Positions 1-3,382 of a DNA stretch of 3,382 bases are shown piece after piece (within the stretch, counting starts at the first letter, position 1; the number at the start of each line of letters is the position of its first letter). The notes beneath the pieces are model-generated. The model was not told the DNA's origin, searched no databases, and saw only the letters and a list, made by a program, of their open reading frames with translations. Origin of the DNA: a virus (lineage: Duplodnaviria; Heunggongvirae; Uroviricota; Caudoviricetes); the IMG/VR virus record IMGVR_UViG_2617270938_000006; one strand, given 5' to 3'. Position numbers and translations under genes: made by a program.

Positions 1-198
1 ATCGCTGTTGTTCTTTTTCAGACGGGCCATGCACCCGCAAATGATCATCGCGTCATCGTCACAACATTGTGGGCGAGATTTTACTTTTGAAGGAATTAAT
101 CCCTTAAAACCGGCGGCAATGGACGACCAGGTCACATCTTCATGATTATTAGCCGCCCACGCTCCCCAACGCTCAAGAACCATCTGAATATCACGCAT
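1..198 (-). CDS. quuD: Q-type late-gene antiterminator, N-terminal 66 codons only (gene continues beyond the left window edge)
   Basis: Minus-strand ATG at 198-196 preceded by GGAG about 7 nt upstream; open frame with no stop to position 1. Translation [66 protein letters not shown] matches my recollection of the DLP12 QuuD N-terminus and contains a Cys cluster (CC...C-x-C). Sits downstream of rusA/ylcG as in lambdoid nin-Q regions. Not in the supplied ORF track because it is truncated. Confidence 0.7.
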   Translation of the reverse strand, partial: MRDIQMVLERWGAWAANNHEDVTWSSIAAGFKGLIPSKVKSRPQCCDDDAMIICGCMARLKKNNSD

Positions 199-283
199 CA
201 ACTTACTCCACAAAAATCAGACCAGAACGCCAATTACAAGCAAAAATCAACAAAACAGTATTAGTTGATTGTTATCTCTGACT

Positions 284-421
284 TCATACTCCTGCTCCTG
301 TCAGGGTTTTGGCGTAATTCTTCAGTATTCGGTAATCGGTCAAAACAGAACCGGGGAAACGATATAAGCGCAGACGCCCCCAGCGGTGGCGAAGAAGTTC
401 TGCCATATAAAACTCAAACAT
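284..421 (-). CDS. Small phage protein, YlcG-like by position (45 aa from the ATG overlapping the rusA stop; 40 aa if it starts at the internal ATG 406-404)
   Basis: Minus-strand frame [45 protein letters not shown], stop TGA at 286-284. The first ATG (421-419) shares one base with the rusA TGA stop (ATGA coupling). Located between rusA and Q, where ylcG lies in DLP12. Sequence identity to YlcG not verified. Confidence 0.45.
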   Translation of the reverse strand: MFEFYMAELLRHRWGRLRLYRFPGSVLTDYRILKNYAKTLTGAGV

Positions 422-783
422 CATTCATTCCCCATTTCGGTGATGGTCAGTTCCAGCCTCCCACCTTTGGTAACAGGCATCTTCACAACGCGGTAATCAA
501 CGACCTGAGCATCATCCAGCCAGAAACCTGCTTTGGTGAGTGCGTCAAAAGCGGCTTTTTGCAGATTATCCAGGTCACGGCGACGGCGATCCGGCATGTG
601 GCACTCAATACGGATTTTCACTGGCATAGCCAGGCCGATATCCAGCATTGCGTTTTTAATGATTCGGGTGACGTTATCGCGGTATGCCTGCCCTTCTGCG
701 CTGATGTGTGTGCGCCCGCGATTATGGCGGTAGTAGCGGTTATTGCTCGGCGGCCAGGGTAGTGTGATGTGGTAAGTATTCAC
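421..783 (-). CDS. rusA: Crossover junction endodeoxyribonuclease RusA (Holliday junction resolvase), 120 aa
   Basis: ORF-track protein [38 protein letters not shown]... is near-identical to E. coli RusA as I remember it. Acidic residues D70, D72 and D91 (RRDLDNL...LDDAQ) are present. Start codon is GTG (783-781) preceded by AAGAGGGGG about 10 nt upstream, with an in-frame TAA two codons upstream. Confidence 0.95.
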   Translation of the reverse strand: MNTYHITLPWPPSNNRYYRHNRGRTHISAEGQAYRDNVTRIIKNAMLDIGLAMPVKIRIECHMPDRRRRDLDNLQKAAFDALTKAGFWLDDAQVVDYRVVKMPVTKGGRLELTITEMGNE

Positions 784-893
784 GCCTTAATTACCCCCTC
801 TTTCAGCCAGATATTTCCCGGCCTTTCTGTTATCAGAAATCCACTGAAAGCACAGCGGCTGGCTGAGAAGATAAATAATAAACGGGAGGCGGT
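784..893. promoter_or_regulatory. Divergent intergenic joint between rusA (-) and the plus-strand operon; putative promoter/operator region
   Basis: 110-bp non-coding gap between divergently oriented first genes. Contains both ribosome-binding sites (GGGAGG 884-889 for the 894 ORF; rusA SD on the other strand), an AT-rich stretch GATAAATAATAAA (870-882) and an 8-bp inverted repeat TCAGCCAG (803-810) / CTGGCTGA (859-866). No -35/-10 pair can be called reliably by eye. Confidence 0.3.
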
Positions 894-1085
894 ATGCACA
901 AAGCATCTCCTGTTGAGTTAAGAACGAGTATTGAGATGGCACATAGCCTTGCTCAAATTGGAGTCAGGTTTGTGCCAATACCAGTAGAAACAGACGAAGA
1001 ATTTCATACGTTAGCCACATCCCTTTCACAAAAGCTGGAAATGATGGTGGCGAAAGCAGAAGCAGATGAGAGAGACCAGGTATGA
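894..1085 (+). CDS. Hypothetical small acidic phage protein (63 aa), first gene of the plus-strand operon
   Basis: ATG at 894 with strong SD GGGAGG 4 nt upstream; 63 codons; net acidic (about 11 D/E against 6 K/R). Its TGA stop (1083-1085) overlaps the ATG (1082-1084) of the next small ORF. Size and position recall the orf61/orf63-type small genes of lambda's pL operon, unverified. Confidence 0.6.
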   Translation: MHKASPVELRTSIEMAHSLAQIGVRFVPIPVETDEEFHTLATSLSQKLEMMVAKAEADERDQV

Positions 1086-1165
1086 CAACCACTGAATGCA
1101 TTTTTCTGGCAGCGGGCTTCATATTCTGTGTGCTTATGCTTGCCGACATGGGGCTTGTTCAATGA
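1082..1165 (+). CDS. Candidate 27-aa hydrophobic micropeptide MTTTECIFLAAGFIFCVLMLADMGLVQ (single predicted transmembrane helix)
   Basis: Absent from the ORF track (too short). ATG 1082-1084 overlaps the upstream stop as ATGA; its own TGA stop (1163-1165) overlaps the ATG (1162-1164) of the downstream ORF, again as ATGA. It bridges exactly the 77-nt gap between the two flanking ORFs. About 20 consecutive hydrophobic residues. Confidence 0.4.
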   Translation: MTTTECIFLAAGFIFCVLMLADMGLVQ

Positions 1166-1377
1166 CACCTCAGCAAGAAAACGCCCTTCGCAGCATTGCC
1201 CGTCAGGCTAATTCTGAAATCAAAAAAGCCAGACAGCATTTTCCGGATAAAAACGTCGATGACATTTGCCGTAGCGTACTAAAGAAGCACCGCGAAACGG
1301 TAACGCTGATGGGATTCACACCGACTCATTTAAGCCTGGCGATCGGCATGTTGAACGGCGTCTTTAAGGAACGGTGA
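1162..1377 (+). CDS. Hypothetical small basic phage protein (71 aa)
   Basis: Frame of track ORF 1096..1377, but I favour the internal ATG at 1162 (MTPQQENALRSIARQANSEIKKARQHFPDKNVDD...) because it is stop/start-coupled to the micropeptide and the 1096 ATG has no SD. Net basic (about 12 K/R against 7 D/E). Function unknown. Confidence 0.5.
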   Translation: MTPQQENALRSIARQANSEIKKARQHFPDKNVDDICRSVLKKHRETVTLMGFTPTHLSLAIGMLNGVFKER

Positions 1378-1398
1378 ACATGAAAAGCAAAATCATCA

Positions 1399-1426
1399 GG
1401 GAGCTACAGGCTCCTTTTTTATTATT
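1399..1426 (+). terminator. Putative Rho-independent terminator
   Basis: GGAGC (1400-1404), 5-nt loop TACAG, GCTCC (1410-1414), followed directly by TTTTTTATTATT (1415-1426); 22 nt past the stop at 1377. The stem is only 5 bp (extendable to 7 with G-U/A-U at the cost of the U-tract), so strength is uncertain. Confidence 0.35.
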
Positions 1427-1475
1427 CGCATTTACCCTCAAGCGTATTAACCAACAATTCAGGGATTAATGAAAG

Positions 1476-1694
1476 ATGGCAGACATCATTGATTCAGCAT
1501 CAGAAATCGAAGAATTACAGCGCAATACAGCAATAAAAATGCGTCGTCTGAACTACCAGACTGTATCCGCAACTCATTGTTGTGAGTGTGGCGATCCGAT
1601 AGATGAGCGAAGACGCCTAGCTGTTCAGGGTTGTCGGACTTGTGCGAGTTGCCAGGAGGAGATCGAACTTAAGAACAAACAATGGGGACTGTGA
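1476..1694 (+). CDS. TraR/DksA-family C4 zinc-finger protein (72 aa), likely RNA-polymerase secondary-channel binding regulator
   Basis: Exact C-x2-C-x17-C-x2-C spacing (Cys35, Cys38, Cys56, Cys59: HCCECGDP...GCRTCASCQ), the DksA/TraR zinc-finger signature. N-terminal D3-x-x-D6-x-A8 (MADIIDSA) matches the DxxDxA tip motif of this family. AGGGA about 10 nt upstream of the ATG. Confidence 0.85.
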   Translation: MADIIDSASEIEELQRNTAIKMRRLNYQTVSATHCCECGDPIDERRRLAVQGCRTCASCQEEIELKNKQWGL

Positions 1695-1741
1695 TGGCCT
1701 CAAAGCAGCAAATTTCAACATCGTCCAACTGAGGTGTAAAA

Positions 1742-2020
1742 ATGTTCAGAATCATTTTTCCTAACACCTGGTACGTCGACCACCACGGCACTCCCTGCAA
1801 AATCCTGCGTTCTACCCACAACAAAGTTCACTACATCCGAAAAGGCAGAACATGTATCGCCAGCATGTTCCGCTTTAATCATGACTTTGAACCTGTGAAT
1901 AAAGCTGATGCAGATCGGATAGCAGAAGAGATCGAAACGGCAGAACACATTAAGAAGTTACGTGACATGCGTTCAAAAAGCAGAGGTAACCATGGAATCA
2001 TACAGCCTCACACTCGATGA
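1742..2020 (+). CDS. Hypothetical phage protein (92 aa) immediately upstream of, and overlapping, xis
   Basis: ATG at 1742 with SD GAGGTG 5 nt upstream. Overlaps the xis start by 29 nt in a different frame. The core WYVDHHGTPCKILRSTHNKVHYIRKGRTCIASMFRFNHDF loosely resembles small DUF4222-type prophage proteins as I recall them, unverified. Confidence 0.55.
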   Translation: MFRIIFPNTWYVDHHGTPCKILRSTHNKVHYIRKGRTCIASMFRFNHDFEPVNKADADRIAEEIETAEHIKKLRDMRSKSRGNHGIIQPHTR

Positions 2021-2363
2021 GGCCTGTCAGTTTCTTAAGATATCCAGACCAACCGCCACCAACTGGATACGAACAGGCCGCCTACAGGCAACACGTAAAG
2101 ATCCAACCAAGCCAAAATCTCCTTACCTCACAACACGGCAAGCCTGCATTGCGGCGCTTCAGTCTCCGCTGCATACTGTCCAGGTGAGCGCGGGTGATGG
2201 CATAACAGAGGAAAGAAAATGTCACTCTTCCGCAGAAATGAAATATGGTATGCCTCGTATTCGCTCCCGGGCGGGAAACGAATTAAGGAATCTCTTGGCA
2301 CAAAGGACAAGCGGCAAGCTCAGGAGTTGCACGACAAGCGAAAAGCAGAACTCTGGCGAGTAG
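1992..2363 (+). CDS. xis: Excisionase (Xis), AlpA/Xis-family helix-turn-helix DNA-binding protein; 123 aa if the frame is read to its stop
   Basis: ATG at 1992 with SD AGAGGT 4 nt upstream (the track's 1962 start is a GTG without SD). N-terminal [37 protein letters not shown] is a typical excisionase HTH/wing and matches my memory of P22/DLP12-type Xis. Lies directly upstream of int. The frame stays open to 2363, 145 nt into int in another frame, so the 3' boundary is less certain than the 5' end. Confidence 0.75.
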   Translation: MESYSLTLDEACQFLKISRPTATNWIRTGRLQATRKDPTKPKSPYLTTRQACIAALQSPLHTVQVSAGDGITEERKCHSSAEMKYGMPRIRSRAGNELRNLLAQRTSGKLRSCTTSEKQNSGE

Positions 2364-3382
2364 AAAAGCTAGGGGATTTACCTGATGTCACTTTTGAAGA
2401 GCCCTGCCTAAGATGGCTTGAGGAAAAAGCTGATAAAAAATCTCTCGATTCAGATAAAAGCCGGATTGAGTTCTGGCTTGAACATTTTGAGGGTATAAGG
2501 CTTAAAGATATCTCGGAGGCAAAGATTTACTCTGCTGTAAGCAGAATGCATAACAGAAAGACGAAAGAAATATGGAAACAGAAAGTTCAGGCCGCCATCA
2601 GGAAAGGTAAAGAACTGCCTGTTTATGAACCAAAGCCAGTATCAACTCAGACAAAGGCAAAGCATCTTGCCATGATAAAGGCCATTCTCCGTGCTGCAGA
2701 ACGCGACTGGAAGTGGCTGGAAAAAGCGCCTGTCATCAAGATACCAGCGGTCAGAAACAAGCGAGTCAGATGGCTGGAAAAGGAGGAAGCAAAACGCCTT
2801 ATTGATGAGTGCCCCGAACCACTGAAATCTGTCGTCAAGTTTGCGCTGGCAACTGGTCTGAGAAAGTCGAACATCATAAATCTGGAATGGCAACAAATCG
2901 ACATGCAGCGACGAGTTGCCTGGGTGAATCCAGAAGAGAGCAAATCAAACCGCGCCATTGGTGTGGCGCTGAACGATACCGCCTGTAAAGTGTTGCGTGA
3001 TCAAATAGGCAAGCATCACAAATGGGTGTTTGTACATACCAAGGCGGCTAAGCGAGCAGATGGAACATCAACGCCTGCGGTCAGGAAGATGCGCATCGAC
3101 AGCAAGACATCATGGCTATCAGCTTGTCGTCGTGCAGGAATTGAAGATTTCCGTTTCCATGACCTCAGACACACCTGGGCAAGCTGGCTGATTCAGTCAG
3201 GCGTCCCATTATCAGTGCTTCAGGAAATGGGCGGATGGGAGTCCATAGAAATGGTTCGTAGGTATGCTCACCTTGCGCCTAATCATTTGACAGAGCATGC
3301 GAGGAAAATAGACGACATTTTTGGTGATAATGTCCCAAATATGTCCCACTCTGGAATTATGGAGGATATAAAGAAGGCGTAA
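2219..3382 (+). CDS. int: Phage integrase, tyrosine site-specific recombinase (P22/DLP12 IntD-type), 387 aa, complete
   Basis: ATG at 2219 with SD GAGG about 7 nt upstream; TAA at 3380-3382. N-terminus [33 protein letters not shown] and C-terminus ...[29 protein letters not shown] match my recollection of P22 Int / DLP12 IntD. Catalytic signature visible: R215 (TGLRKS), H314-x-x-R317 (FHDLRHTW), Y349 (VRRYAHL). Confidence 0.95.
   Translation: MSLFRRNEIWYASYSLPGGKRIKESLGTKDKRQAQELHDKRKAELWRVEKLGDLPDVTFEEPCLRWLEEKADKKSLDSDKSRIEFWLEHFEGIRLKDISEAKIYSAVSRMHNRKTKEIWKQKVQAAIRKGKELPVYEPKPVSTQTKAKHLAMIKAILRAAERDWKWLEKAPVIKIPAVRNKRVRWLEKEEAKRLIDECPEPLKSVVKFALATGLRKSNIINLEWQQIDMQRRVAWVNPEESKSNRAIGVALNDTACKVLRDQIGKHHKWVFVHTKAAKRADGTSTPAVRKMRIDSKTSWLSACRRAGIEDFRFHDLRHTWASWLIQSGVPLSVLQEMGGWESIEMVRRYAHLAPNHLTEHARKIDDIFGDNVPNMSHSGIMEDIKKA

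Larger units (their letters stand above)
1..3382. mobile_element. Segment of a lambdoid (DLP12/P22-like) prophage, probably defective: Q-ylcG-rusA arm (-) plus ea-region/xis/int arm (+)
   Basis: Every gene in the window is phage-type. int reads toward the right edge, so the att junction should lie just beyond 3382. Q reads toward the left edge, so lysis/late genes should lie beyond position 1. Confidence 0.8.

Noticed and set aside
533-733. 66-aa plus-strand ORF
   Set aside because: Antisense to rusA; Arg/Ser-rich low-complexity translation; no ribosome-binding site.
265-762. 165-aa plus-strand ORF from the six-frame track
   Set aside because: Lies entirely antisense to rusA and the ylcG-like ORF, whose protein identity is clear; no SD; typical shadow ORF of a real gene on the opposite strand.
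787-906. 39-codon minus-strand frame (MLCAYRLPFIIYLLSQPLCFQWISDNRKAGKYLAERGGN) ending two codons before the rusA start
   Set aside because: The only ATG has GGAG immediately adjacent (zero spacing), the frame overlaps the SD and start of the divergent plus-strand gene, and it spans the presumed regulatory region. It may be a remnant of a deleted upstream nin gene reading frame rather than a gene.
964-1149. 61-aa minus-strand ORF
   Set aside because: Antisense to the well-supported plus-strand ORFs 894-1085 and 1082-1165; no SD; hydrophobic translation that mirrors the plus-strand coding bias.
1096-1161. N-terminal extension of the 71-aa ORF (track start at 1096, 93 aa)
   Set aside because: The ATG at 1096 has no SD, whereas the ATG at 1162 is stop/start-coupled to the micropeptide frame; the extension (MHFSGSGLHILCAYACRHGACS) would be read from the micropeptide region in another frame. 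Kept as an alternative, not the preferred model.
1380-1469. 29-codon plus-strand ORF (MKSKIIRELQAPFLLFAFTLKRINQQFRD) with an AAGGAA SD-like motif upstream
   Set aside because: Its middle is encoded by the predicted terminator hairpin and T-tract (LQAPFLLF), a common artefact; cannot be excluded without ribosome profiling, but the terminator interpretation is more parsimonious.
1715-1948. 77-aa minus-strand ORF
   Set aside because: Antisense to the 1742-2020 ORF, which has a good SD and sits in the expected operon orientation; no SD of its own.
1962-1991. GTG start at 1962 for xis (track model, 133 aa)
   Set aside because: No SD upstream of 1962, whereas ATG 1992 has AGAGGT at ideal spacing and gives the canonical MESYSL excisionase N-terminus.
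2128-2310. 60-aa minus-strand ORF
   Set aside because: Antisense to the xis/int overlap region; no SD; implausible given the strong coding evidence on the plus strand.
2713-2786. Near-identical 13-bp direct repeat TGGCTGGAAAAAG / TGGCTGGAAAAGG inside int
   Set aside because: Both copies encode a W-L-E-K peptide motif in the Int core-binding region, so it is most simply a protein-level repeat; too short and too few copies to be a CRISPR array, iteron set or mobile-element terminus.
2642-2958. Two overlapping minus-strand ORFs (84 and 103 aa)
   Set aside because: Both lie inside and antisense to the integrase gene, whose identity and catalytic motifs are unambiguous.
3300-3382. Search for attP/attL core or a tRNA at the int-distal end
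   Set aside because: The window ends exactly at the int stop codon, so the attachment site and any tRNA target lie outside the window and cannot be assessed.
1-3382. CRISPR arrays, rRNA/tRNA genes, IS elements
   Set aside because: No regularly spaced repeats, no tRNA-like cloverleaf-sized conserved blocks and no transposase-like ORFs or terminal inverted repeats were seen in either strand.

Overview
This window reads as a piece of a lambdoid (DLP12/P22-type) prophage in an enterobacterial genome, most likely defective, with two transcription units that diverge from a ~110-bp joint at 784-893. On the minus strand sits a late-regulatory 'nin/Q' module: rusA (Holliday-junction resolvase, 783->421), a ylcG-like small ORF, and the N-terminal 66 codons of a Q antiterminator running off the left edge. 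On the plus strand sits an 'ea-region' operon ending in the integration module: a 63-aa acidic protein, a 27-aa hydrophobic peptide the ORF track missed, a 71-aa basic protein, a possible intrinsic terminator, a TraR/DksA-family zinc-finger protein, a 92-aa hypothetical, a long Xis, and a complete tyrosine integrase ending at the right edge. The most interesting points are (i) the collapsed architecture, where no repressor, N, replication or recombination genes lie between the two arms, and (ii) the three-ORF module at 894-1377 linked by ATGA stop/start overlaps. All family assignments come from reading motifs and from memory of known proteins; no database search was possible, so similarities are recollections to be confirmed.
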